Source: an uncultured Gemmatimonadales bacterium (GTDB taxonomy: Bacteria; Gemmatimonadota; Gemmatimonadetes; Gemmatimonadales; GWC2-71-9). Taken from it: a stretch of DNA of 64,000 nucleotides. Every line of letters begins with the position of its first letter. The first letter of the stretch is position 1. Where the stretch lies: assembly GCA_963779755.1 (NCBI GenBank), contig CAVZZO010000001.1:1664001-1728000 (forward strand), given 5' to 3'. The notes under the pieces were generated by a model, which searched no databases, was not told the origin of the DNA, and worked only from the letters and a program-made list of their open reading frames with translations. The translations under genes and the position numbers were made by a program. Shown here piece by piece: positions 52,772-61,191 of the stretch.

Positions 52772-52990
52772 ATGGCCAAAGAAGAAGGCATCGAGATGGA
52801 AGGCGTAGTGACGGAAGTCCTGCCGGACCGGAACTACCGGGTCCTGCTGGAGAACGGTCACTCCATCCTGGCGTATGCCGCCGGCAAGATGAGCAAGCAC
52901 AAGATCCGGGTCCTTGAGGGCGACCGGGTGACGGTGGTGCTCTCTCCCTATGATCTTACCCGGGGGCGCGTGATCTACCGGCACAAGTGA
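52772..52990 (+). CDS. infA: Translation initiation factor IF-1
   Basis: [18 protein letters not shown]...[13 protein letters not shown]. Confidence 0.97.
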   Translation: MAKEEGIEMEGVVTEVLPDRNYRVLLENGHSILAYAAGKMSKHKIRVLEGDRVTVVLSPYDLTRGRVIYRHK

Positions 52991-53011
52991 TCCCTCCGGT
53001 GCCGGACGCAC

Positions 53012-53047
53012 GACGGGCCGCCTTCTCCCGCGAGAGGGCGGCCCGTC
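53012..53047. terminator. Hairpin between convergent infA and csp
   Basis: gacgggccgcc...ggcggcccgtc 11-bp stem. Confidence 0.65.
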
Positions 53048-53080
53048 TGCTCTCATGCCGGCACCGCCGGCGCTGTGTGG

Positions 53081-53293
53081 TTACTGGGCTTTCGTGACGT
53101 TCTCGGCCGCGGGCCCCTTGGCGCCGTCAACGATGTCGAACTCGACACGATCACCTTCGGCCAGGCTGCGGAAGCCGTCCATCTTGATGGCCGTGTGGTG
53201 CACGAAGCAGTCCTTCGTGCCGTTTTCGGGCGTGATGAAGCCGAAGCCCTTCGCGTCGTTGAACCACTTTACAGTACCGGTTGTGCGTGCCAT
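53081..53293 (-). CDS. cspA: Cold-shock protein
   Basis: [39 protein letters not shown]. Confidence 0.95.
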   Translation of the reverse strand: MARTTGTVKWFNDAKGFGFITPENGTKDCFVHHTAIKMDGFRSLAEGDRVEFDIVDGAKGPAAENVTKAQ

Positions 53294-53557
53294 CTCTCCA
53301 AACTCCGTTGAGGGAAAATGCCGGGCGCTTGCATGCCCGACGTACATGAGAGCGAGCGCTTCTCGCTCCATGAACCTGGAACGTTCTCGCGAACGAATCA
53401 GTCTGGGTTTCGGCTGCGATAGGTAGGGATTCCGGCGCCAAGCCGCGTTTAATTTGCATTTTCGCGCTGTTTCGTCAAGACCTCTTCCCGGCCTGATATT
53501 CACGCCGGGCCGCAGGTGACCACGAGACAACGAGTTGCACGGCCGAGCCGGGGCGGA

Positions 53558-55327
53558 TCAGCCCCCCAGGGCCCGGGCCACCCAGCCGCTGAGCCGTTGG
53601 CGGACCCCCCGGCCGGTGGCCCGGTTCAGGGCCTGGAGGAACTCCTGGGCGGTGGCGTAGCGCTGGTCCACCGCGCTGTTGAGCGCTCGCCGCAGCACCG
53701 ATTCCAGCTCCGGTGACACATCGGCCCGTGCCTCGGCCAGGTCGGGGAACTGATTGGTGGTCTGCCGGGCCAGGACCTGTTCCGGCGAGTTACCGGGGAA
53801 GGGGGGCGTGCCCAGGAGGGCATAGCACGCGACCGCGGCCAGGCTGTAGAGATCGGTGCGCTGGTCCACCCGTTCGCCCAGCAGTTGCTCGGGGCTCGCG
53901 AACTGCGGGGTCCCGCTCTGGCTGGTGGCCCCGCCGAACTTCCCCTGCCCCCGGAGCGCCAGGGCCAGGCCGAAGTCGGTAATCCGCAGGCTGCCATCGG
54001 GGGCGTAGAGCAGGTTCTCCGGCTTGATATCCCGGTGCACCAGGCCCGCGGCATGGGCCTGTCCCAGCGCCGAGAGTGCCTCCCGAAGCAACCGAAGCAG
54101 CCGCTGGAGTGGCAGAGGCCCGTCCCGTTCCACCAGATGGGCCAGGTTGGGGCCGCGGACCAGCTCCATGGTGTACCAGATCAGGCCCGACCGCCCTCCG
54201 ATGTCGTAGATATTGACGATGTTCGGATGATTGAGCCGGGCCGCGAGCTGCGCCTCGCGGCGGAAGCGCTCCACCACGGCGGGATCGGTGGTGAGCAGCG
54301 GATGCAGCACCTTGAGCGCCACTTCGCGCTCCAGGTGAAGATCGCGCACCCGGTACACCCGGCCGAAGCCGCCGGTGCCGAGGGGGCCCAGCAGCTCGTA
54401 GTCATCGCCCAGGGCGCGCCGCAGCCGCTTCTCCCAATCTTCCGGATCTTCCGCCGCAGGCGGGCTCTCGCCGGCGGAGACCACCGGGCTTTCGAATGCC
54501 CCGGCCTCACTGGTGAAATCTTCCAGCATCTCGGCGGCGGTCAGGAACCGGTCGCCGGGGCCGGGATGCAGGGCGCGGAGAATGATCCGCTCCACCGCAC
54601 GCGGGCAGGTGGGCCGCAACTCGGTGGGCGGGCGAAGGGTGCGGACATCCTCCGGCGGCTTGACGCCGGTGACGGCGAAGTAGAGGATGGCGCCGGCGGT
54701 GTAGATGTCGCTGGCCGGCTCGCCGGCGGCGCCCGCACGGATTTCCGGCGCCATGAACGCCAGCCCGGTGGGCTGGTGGCCCTGCGGGATGGCGGGGAGC
54801 GTCCAGCTGCAGTAGCGCAGGTCGGTCACCGAGCCGCGGCCCGACGCGCCGATCAGGAGCGAGGCGGGCACGATGCGGCGGATGATCAGTCCGTGTCCGT
54901 GCGCGTGCTCCATCGCGCTCAGCACCTCGCGCGCCAGGTTGTGTACCGCCGGCATGGGCCGCGGGCCGCGCTGGACCGCGCTTTCCAGGCTCTCGCCTTC
55001 GATCCAATTGCCCACCCGATAGGCGATGTCGTCGGTCACGCCGGCGTCATAGATATGCCGGATGGCAGGATGGTCCAGCGCGGCGAGCGACTCGGCTTCG
55101 CGCATGAACCAGGTGCGGACCGTCTCCTCCGACCAGAAATTGAGCCGCAGGCTGACGCGCCGCTTGAGGGTCAGATCGAACGCGCAGAAGAGCACCCGCT
55201 CTTCCGAGAAGGCGACGAGATGTTCCAGCCGGTAGCGCCGGCCGAAGACTTCATTGGCGCGCTGGTGATACCAGGTGAGCGGGGGCAGCGTCCGGGGCGG
55301 CGGGGGCTCGGACGGAGCCGGTGTCAT
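53558..55327 (-). CDS. Tandem pseudokinase + Hanks-type Ser/Thr kinase
   Basis: C-terminal domain has GTGGFG, VALK, HRDIKPEN, DFG, SPE; the N-terminal kinase fold is degenerate. Confidence 0.9.
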   Translation of the reverse strand: MTPAPSEPPPPRTLPPLTWYHQRANEVFGRRYRLEHLVAFSEERVLFCAFDLTLKRRVSLRLNFWSEETVRTWFMREAESLAALDHPAIRHIYDAGVTDDIAYRVGNWIEGESLESAVQRGPRPMPAVHNLAREVLSAMEHAHGHGLIIRRIVPASLLIGASGRGSVTDLRYCSWTLPAIPQGHQPTGLAFMAPEIRAGAAGEPASDIYTAGAILYFAVTGVKPPEDVRTLRPPTELRPTCPRAVERIILRALHPGPGDRFLTAAEMLEDFTSEAGAFESPVVSAGESPPAAEDPEDWEKRLRRALGDDYELLGPLGTGGFGRVYRVRDLHLEREVALKVLHPLLTTDPAVVERFRREAQLAARLNHPNIVNIYDIGGRSGLIWYTMELVRGPNLAHLVERDGPLPLQRLLRLLREALSALGQAHAAGLVHRDIKPENLLYAPDGSLRITDFGLALALRGQGKFGGATSQSGTPQFASPEQLLGERVDQRTDLYSLAAVACYALLGTPPFPGNSPEQVLARQTTNQFPDLAEARADVSPELESVLRRALNSAVDQRYATAQEFLQALNRATGRGVRQRLSGWVARALGG

Positions 55328-55866
55328 CGCCCGCTCCGCCGCCGCTCGATCCGGTGGCGGCGGCCGCAGGTGGCGGCACTGCACCATCGCCGGTCGTGGT
55401 TGGGCGAAGTGTCAATCAGAAACAGGGTACAGTCCTCGCCGGAGCACTCCCGCACCACCGCCAGGGGGTTGGCGAGCGTGGCCGCGGCGGAGCGGGCGAT
55501 CGCGTCCAGCGCCGCCACGGGACGCTGGGGCGTGAAGCGCACCTGCCACCGTCCGCGGACCCGCACCAGCTGGTGCGCCCCCACGCCCTCGGCCAGGATT
55601 TCGTTCAGCGCGTGGATGGGGGCGGAAGGCGTCTGGCGATTTTCGCTCAGGGCCTGCGCCAGCGCGTCCAGCCGGTCGCGGAAGAGCAGCACGTCCTCGA
55701 ACGACATGTGCTCCCCGTCGATGGCGAGCTTTTCGGCCTTGATCCAGCGATGATAGGCGGCGGGGTCGGTCAGGCGGTCGGGGATCTCTTCGCCCGTGCC
55801 GCGCCGGGTGTTGACGAAGTCGAGCCAGATCGCGTCGCCCAGGAGGAGAAAGTCGGGATCAGGCAT
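55324..55866 (-). CDS. ABATE/CGNR zinc-finger protein
   Basis: LDFVNT; C...DC..LF.D.S....RRWCS...CG. Confidence 0.88.
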   Translation of the reverse strand: MPDPDFLLLGDAIWLDFVNTRRGTGEEIPDRLTDPAAYHRWIKAEKLAIDGEHMSFEDVLLFRDRLDALAQALSENRQTPSAPIHALNEILAEGVGAHQLVRVRGRWQVRFTPQRPVAALDAIARSAAATLANPLAVVRECSGEDCTLFLIDTSPNHDRRWCSAATCGRRHRIERRRSGR

Positions 55867-57211
55867 GACCGGCGGGTCCCTGGGCGATCTGATAGCGATT
55901 CCGTCCGCCGCGCTTGGCCTGGTACAGGGCTGCGTCGGCCGAGGCGAGCAGCTCGCTCACCGAGGTGCCGTGCCCCGGCGCGGCGGCGATGCCCAGGCTC
56001 AGCGTCTGCCGGCCGAATTCGGGGTGCCGCCGTTCGAGGTCGGCCATGGCGCGCACCAGACGGTCCACGAAGGTGAGCGATTCCTGGGGGGTGGTCATCG
56101 GCAGGATGACGAGGAATTCGTCGCCCCCCAGGCGGCCGACCACGTCCAGGGTGCGGCACTGGCTGCGGAGCACATCGCCCAGCAGCGCCAGCAGCCGGTC
56201 GCCCCCGGCGTGGCCCATGGTGTCGTTCACGATCTTGAACTTGTCCAGATCGAGCAGCACCACCGTGGTGGTAAGCTGGTGCCGGCCGGCGCGGGAGATC
56301 TCGGCCTCGAGCCGCTGCTCCACCGCGCGGCGGTTGTACATCCCGGTCAGCTCGTCGGTGGTGGCGGCGCTGTGCAGCTGCTCCACCAGCTGGGCATTCT
56401 TCAGTGCGATCGCGGCGGCGAAGGAGAGGGTACCCGCCAGCTCGAACTCGGCGACGCCGTAGCTCTTGCGCGAAATGCGCGGGCCCAGGGCGAGGACCGC
56501 CATGCGCTCTGCCCCCGCCTCCAGCGAGATCAGCACCCGGGTGCGCGAGTCGACCACCGCCGCGAGCCCGATTTCCTCCGTCTGGACCGGCGGGGAGCCG
56601 AGCGGGAAGGCGGCGTCGAGCCGCTGCTGGTCGATGGGGGCGGGACGGGTGTCGTCGGCCAGGGCGCGGAAGGCGCGGGGCACATACTGGCCGTCTTCCA
56701 GCCGGTAGAGGCAGGCCCACCAGGCGAAGAACACCTCGGCCATGAAGTCCATGACCAGTTGCTCGGTTTCTTCCGTCGAGTGCACCGACGAGAGCAGACG
56801 GGTCACCTGCCGCAGGGCGCGTAACTGGAAGGTGGCGTCGTCCAGCGCCGCCTGGCGCTCGAGCAGCACGCTGCGCAGCTCCAGGACGATCGAGAGCCCC
56901 AGGGCCAGCGGGAGCGCCACTCCCCGCATCGTCTCCGCCACCTCGGGCTCGGCGGAGACGATCACCTCGGTGTCGCCGCTCCCGATCCGCGCGACCTCCT
57001 GGGCATTCTGCCGCCCGTCGGAGGCGCCAACCGCCGTCACGCTGCCCGTGCGCTCCCGGATGACCAGCCAGATCCGGTCGCTGTGGAATCGCCGGACCAG
57101 GGCGTCCCGGCAACGCTCGAACAGCTCGAGGTCGCTCCGGGAGTCACGGCAGGCTGCAGCGAAGGCGCTGGGAAGCGAAGCGAGAGGGTGGGAAATCGGT
57201 GTCAGACTCAT
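55859..57211 (-). CDS. GAF-GGDEF diguanylate cyclase
   Basis: TDELTGMYNRR, DLDKFK.VND..GH..GD, RTLD I-site, RLGGDEF. Confidence 0.93.
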   Translation of the reverse strand: MSLTPISHPLASLPSAFAAACRDSRSDLELFERCRDALVRRFHSDRIWLVIRERTGSVTAVGASDGRQNAQEVARIGSGDTEVIVSAEPEVAETMRGVALPLALGLSIVLELRSVLLERQAALDDATFQLRALRQVTRLLSSVHSTEETEQLVMDFMAEVFFAWWACLYRLEDGQYVPRAFRALADDTRPAPIDQQRLDAAFPLGSPPVQTEEIGLAAVVDSRTRVLISLEAGAERMAVLALGPRISRKSYGVAEFELAGTLSFAAAIALKNAQLVEQLHSAATTDELTGMYNRRAVEQRLEAEISRAGRHQLTTTVVLLDLDKFKIVNDTMGHAGGDRLLALLGDVLRSQCRTLDVVGRLGGDEFLVILPMTTPQESLTFVDRLVRAMADLERRHPEFGRQTLSLGIAAAPGHGTSVSELLASADAALYQAKRGGRNRYQIAQGPAGHA

Positions 57212-57288
57212 CGCGCCGAATATAGTCGCTGGCCTAGCCGTAGGCGAGACATTCGGTTATCCATGGGCCGGTGCCCCGGGCGCGGGAC

Positions 57289-57317
57289 TTGCTGTACGGC
57301 CTGATCGGGTCTATATT
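57289..57317 (+). promoter_or_regulatory. Sigma70-type promoter
   Basis: TTGCTG-N17-TATATT. Confidence 0.55.
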
Positions 57318-57323
57318 GATGCT

Positions 57324-57438
57324 GCGAATACAGAAGCATAGCCCTTCGGGGCCCCAGGGGTATGGCTTTCCAGCCTGGGTGATGAAAACTGGAAGGCCCG
57401 CGGTCCCGGCCCGACATCAGTCGGCCGGGATTTGTGTT
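57324..57438 (+). ncRNA. Candidate structured sRNA or attenuator leader upstream of degP
   Basis: Follows the promoter; two hairpins plus a terminator tcccggcccgac-atca-gtcggccggga-tttgtgtt. Confidence 0.45.
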
Positions 57439-57453
57439 ACCCGATACCCGGCC

Positions 57454-58845
57454 ATGCTCCGCCACCTCACGCGCGCGTTCCCCGTCCTGCTGGGTCTCGT
57501 GCCGGGCCTGCTCCAGGCCCAGGCCGCTCCCGCCGTCTCGCCGCTCACCGCCCTCAGCCAGGAGTTCCAGTCCATTGCGGCCCGGGTCAGTCCCGCCGTG
57601 GTGGAGATCTTCATCGTGGCCTACGCCCCCCCGCGCGATCCCGACGCGCCGGCCGGCTATGCGCCCGACCAGCGAGGCGGATCCGGGGTGGTGATCGACC
57701 CGGCGGGCTATCTCGTGACCAATGCGCACGTGGTGGAGGATGCCCGGCGGGTGCAGGTCATGGTGCCCCGCGCGGCGGCGGATGCCGGCCGAGGCACCCG
57801 GCTGCTCGACGCGCGCATCGTAGGGGTGGACGAGGAGACCGACCTGGCGCTGCTCAAGATCGACGGCGGCCCGTTCCCGGCGCTGGAGCTGGCCGACTCC
57901 GACCGGCTCGCTGCGGGGCAGCTGGTGCTGGCGTTCGGCAGCCCGCTCGGGCTGGAGAATTCGGTGACCATGGGGATCGTAAGCGCCACGGCGCGGCAGC
58001 TCGACCCCGACGATCCCATGGTCTACATCCAGACCGACGCGCCCATCAATCCGGGCAACAGTGGCGGGGCGCTGGTGGATACCGAGGGGCGCCTGGTGGG
58101 CATCAATACCCTTATCTACAGCCAGAGCGGCGGCAGTGAAGGCCTCGGGTTCGCGGCGCCCAGCAATATCGTGCGTGCCGTCGCCCGGCAGTTGCGCGCG
58201 CTGGGACGGGTGCGTCGCGGCAGTATGGGCGTGGTGGCGCAGACCATCACCCCGGACCTGGCGGCGGGCCTGAACCTCGGCCGCGATCGCGGGGTCATCC
58301 TGGCCGACGTGGATCCCGCCGGGCCGGCCGCGGCGGCGGGGCTTCGTCCCGGCGATATCGTGATCGCGCTGGACGGCAAGGCGCTGGAGAGCGGCGCGCT
58401 GCTGGATATCGGCCTCTATGGCCGTGCGCCGGGCACCGCCGCCCGCCTCACGGTCGACCGGGATGGGGCGAGCCGCGAAGTGGTGGTCACGGTGCAGGAA
58501 CGCGCCGGCGGGGCCGAGCAGCTGGCAGAGCTGGCCGCGCGCCACCCGCACCCGGTGGCGCGGCTGGGGATCCTGGCGCTCGACCTGGACCCCGATGTGG
58601 CGGCGGCGCTCGACTGGTTGCGCGACTCCAGCGGTGTCGTGGTCGCGGCCCCCGCCATCGGCCCGGGGTACCGCATGTCGGATCTGCTGCCGGGCGATGT
58701 CATCCACGCCGTCAACGGCCGGCGTGTGCGCAACCTGGCCGGCCTCAACCGGGGCCTGTCGGCGAGCCCCGCCGCCGGGCCGCTGGTTCTGTGGATCGAG
58801 CGGGAGGGCCGCTATGTGTACCTGGTCGCGGGGCGGCAGGAATAG
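57454..58845 (+). CDS. HtrA/DegP-like serine protease with two PDZ domains
   Basis: Signal peptide; TNAHVV, DLALLK, QTDAPINPGNSGG. Confidence 0.93.
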   Translation: MLRHLTRAFPVLLGLVPGLLQAQAAPAVSPLTALSQEFQSIAARVSPAVVEIFIVAYAPPRDPDAPAGYAPDQRGGSGVVIDPAGYLVTNAHVVEDARRVQVMVPRAAADAGRGTRLLDARIVGVDEETDLALLKIDGGPFPALELADSDRLAAGQLVLAFGSPLGLENSVTMGIVSATARQLDPDDPMVYIQTDAPINPGNSGGALVDTEGRLVGINTLIYSQSGGSEGLGFAAPSNIVRAVARQLRALGRVRRGSMGVVAQTITPDLAAGLNLGRDRGVILADVDPAGPAAAAGLRPGDIVIALDGKALESGALLDIGLYGRAPGTAARLTVDRDGASREVVVTVQERAGGAEQLAELAARHPHPVARLGILALDLDPDVAAALDWLRDSSGVVVAAPAIGPGYRMSDLLPGDVIHAVNGRRVRNLAGLNRGLSASPAAGPLVLWIEREGRYVYLVAGRQE

Positions 58846-58887
58846 CCGGAATGGGGAGCGGGAGGTGTTTCCTCTCGCCGGTCCCGG

Positions 58888-59499
58888 CTATCGGTCGTCG
58901 CTGTGCAGGTGGCGGGTCAGCTCGGCGGCCAGCAGCCGCAATTCCGACAGCATGCCCCGGTGAGGCCAATCGCCCCGCCGCTCGAGCGTTTCCAGTAGCG
59001 AGCGGTACCACCAGAGCAGCTGGTCGCTGCTGGCCTGGGAGATGGTCGGGAGGTATTCCACGCCCAGACGGCGCAGATCGGTGGTGAGGGAGCCGCAGAG
59101 ATGGATTTCGCTGGCGGCGCAGACGTCCAGCGCACGGGCATGGGCCTGCCCCAGCTGTCCCAGATATTCCAGCTTGCAGACATTATACGGCCGGGCTTCG
59201 CCGCGGTGATCCCAGCGGGGCTCCCAGGCGTCGCTCAGTGTAGTGATCACCACGCTGCCGAACTTGTCGGCGATCTTGTGCCGCAGCTCATGCTGCACGC
59301 CGGGGCGGGCGACCCACAGGACAGGATGGAGAATCCCGGCTACGATGGTCGGATCGTCGCAACCATAGCGCGAGAGGATCACCGCGGCATGTGCCGGGTG
59401 GGTCAGGTACCCGACGGCGGGCCGTCCTTCGGGTGGGGCGTAATACTTGGCGGCGAATGCCAGGGCGTGGTTCACCGTATCGCTGTAGCCGAAGGCCAT
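58888..59499 (-). CDS. HD-domain (Mesh1/SpoT-hydrolase-like) protein with degenerate active site
   Basis: ALAFAAK, YLTHP..A..L, VAGILHP (HD changed to HP), KFG..V. Confidence 0.7.
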   Translation of the reverse strand: MAFGYSDTVNHALAFAAKYYAPPEGRPAVGYLTHPAHAAVILSRYGCDDPTIVAGILHPVLWVARPGVQHELRHKIADKFGSVVITTLSDAWEPRWDHRGEARPYNVCKLEYLGQLGQAHARALDVCAASEIHLCGSLTTDLRRLGVEYLPTISQASSDQLLWWYRSLLETLERRGDWPHRGMLSELRLLAAELTRHLHSDDR

Positions 59500-59528
59500 G
59501 CGCTCCTCGTCTGGGGGCCGGTCGGTCG

Positions 59529-60161
59529 TCAGGGAATGCCCAGCAGTTTATGCGTCTGCAGGCTCAATCGCCATTGCGGGTGGGCCAGGCAATAGGCCAG
59601 AGCCCGGCGGGTGTTTCCTTCGCGCTCCGGGCCGTCCATGGGCTGGAGAAAGAAGTGGCGGAAGCGGAGGCCGGTAAAGCGCTCGGGCTCCGCGCCGGCC
59701 TGTGGGTAAACCAGCTTCAGCTCGCTGCCCTCCCGCAGCCGGAGCTCCGCCCCCGCCTTCGGGCTGACGCAGATCCAGTCCAGCCCCGCGGGGGGGATCT
59801 GCGTGCCGTTCGTCTCCACCGCGATCTCGAACCCCGCCGCATGCAGGGCGCCGACCAGGTCATGATCCAGTTGGAGCAGAGGCTCGCCACCGGTGCAGAC
59901 CACCAGCGGCCTGCCGCCCGCGTCCGGCGGCCATGCCGCCGCCACCGCCCTGGCCAGGCTCTCGGCGCTGGGAAAGCGGCCGCCCCCCGGCCCATCGGTC
60001 CCCAGAAAATCGGTATCGCAGAAACCGCAGACGGCGGTTGCCCGGTCCGACTCGCGACCGGTCCAGAGATTGCACCCGGCGAAACGGCAGAACACGGCCG
60101 GCCGGCCGGTCTGCGCGCCTTCTCCCTGGAGGGTATAGAAGATTTCCTTGACGGCGTACAT
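59529..60161 (-). CDS. queE: 7-carboxy-7-deazaguanine synthase (CX14CX2C type)
   Basis: EIFYTLQGEG, RFAGCNLW...VCGFCDT, TGGEPLLQ, SLQTHK. Confidence 0.95.
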   Translation of the reverse strand: MYAVKEIFYTLQGEGAQTGRPAVFCRFAGCNLWTGRESDRATAVCGFCDTDFLGTDGPGGGRFPSAESLARAVAAAWPPDAGGRPLVVCTGGEPLLQLDHDLVGALHAAGFEIAVETNGTQIPPAGLDWICVSPKAGAELRLREGSELKLVYPQAGAEPERFTGLRFRHFFLQPMDGPEREGNTRRALAYCLAHPQWRLSLQTHKLLGIP

Positions 60162-60164
60162 GGA

Positions 60165-60274
60165 GGGAAGATAGACGGGAGAAAGACGGGAGAAAGATGG
60201 GAGAAAGACGGGAGGAAAGACGGGAAGAACGTCTTCATCCCGTCCTCCTCCCGTCCTATTCCCGTCCTCTTCCC
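60165..60274. repeat. Inverted 11-nt-unit (GGGAGAAAGAC) repeat element between queC and queE
   Basis: About five gggagaaagac units, then gtcttcatccc-gtcctcctccc-gtcctattccc-gtcctcttccc. Confidence 0.8.
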
Positions 60275-60960
60275 GCCGCGGGATCGGGCATTCCCGCTTC
60301 CTGGAAGCCCTTCCGCCGCAGGAGGCAGGCGTCACAATGGCCGCACGGGATGCCGGCGGGAGCGGGATCGTAGCAACTGATGGTCAGGCCGTAGTCCACG
60401 CCCAGGGCGATCCCCCGGGTGATGATCTCCCTTTTGGTGAGATGGAGCAGGGGAGCATGGATCGTCACGCGCCGGCCGTCTTCGGTCCCCATGCGGGTGG
60501 CGACATTCGCCAGGTCCTGAAACGCGCGAATGAACTCGGGCCGGCAGTCGGGATAGCCGCTGTAGTCGAGGGCGTTCACCCCGATGAAGATGTCCGTGGC
60601 GCGCAGCACTTCGGCCCAGGCGAGAGCAAAGGACAGGAAGATGGTATTCCGGGCCGGCACGTAGGTGATGGGGATGCCGGCGCCGATGGCCGCCGGGGAG
60701 CGGTCGCGGGGAACCGGCGCATCGCTGGTCAGCGCCGAGCCGCCGAAGGCGCGGAGGTCGATCTCCACGACCTTGTGGCTGGCGACGCCCTGGGCTGCCG
60801 CAACCCGGCGGGCGGCTTCCAGCTCCAGGGCATGACGCTGTCCATAGCGGAAGCTCAGGGCATGGGGGGCAAAGCCCAGCTCCCGGCTGATGGCCAGTAC
60901 GGTGGCGGAGTCGAGCCCGCCGCTTAGCAGCACGATGGCGGGAGGCAGTTCTGCCGTCAT
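60256..60960 (-). CDS. queC: 7-cyano-7-deazaguanine synthase
   Basis: [27 protein letters not shown]...CGHCDAC. Confidence 0.96.
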   Translation of the reverse strand: MTAELPPAIVLLSGGLDSATVLAISRELGFAPHALSFRYGQRHALELEAARRVAAAQGVASHKVVEIDLRAFGGSALTSDAPVPRDRSPAAIGAGIPITYVPARNTIFLSFALAWAEVLRATDIFIGVNALDYSGYPDCRPEFIRAFQDLANVATRMGTEDGRRVTIHAPLLHLTKREIITRGIALGVDYGLTISCYDPAPAGIPCGHCDACLLRRKGFQEAGMPDPAAGRGRE

Positions 60961-61191
60961 GCGCCTAAGATAGCCGGGGTGGCGCGCTGGATTCGGGTGC
61001 GGTCCGCATCCGGCTCGCCGCGGCATTCCGGGCGACGGCGCTGAGCATTCCGAGGATATGCAAGAAAACGCGGAACGAGCGGGAACCCCCGGTTCGGGGG
61101 ATAACACAAGCCGGCCCAGCCGTTGGTATCGTTGCCTGGCACTACCGTGGCCGGAAAACGCGCACGGAGGCACCCGAGCCCCCGGTGCCGG

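Noticed and set aside
57374..57397. Hammerhead ribozyme or box C/D reading of GUGAUGA
   Set aside because: The hammerhead core needs CUGANGA plus GAAA with three stems, and there is no box D CUGA in the predicted RNA.
60030..60085. Atypical CX14CX2C radical-SAM motif in QueE
   Set aside because: Already described for Burkholderia-type QueE.
60165..60274. CRISPR array interpretation of the short repeats
   Set aside because: Units are 7-14 nt, tandem without unique spacers and inverted; no cas genes are present.
60961..61191. preQ1 riboswitch upstream of queC
   Set aside because: No preQ1-type stem with an A-rich tail is visible; queC appears leaderless.
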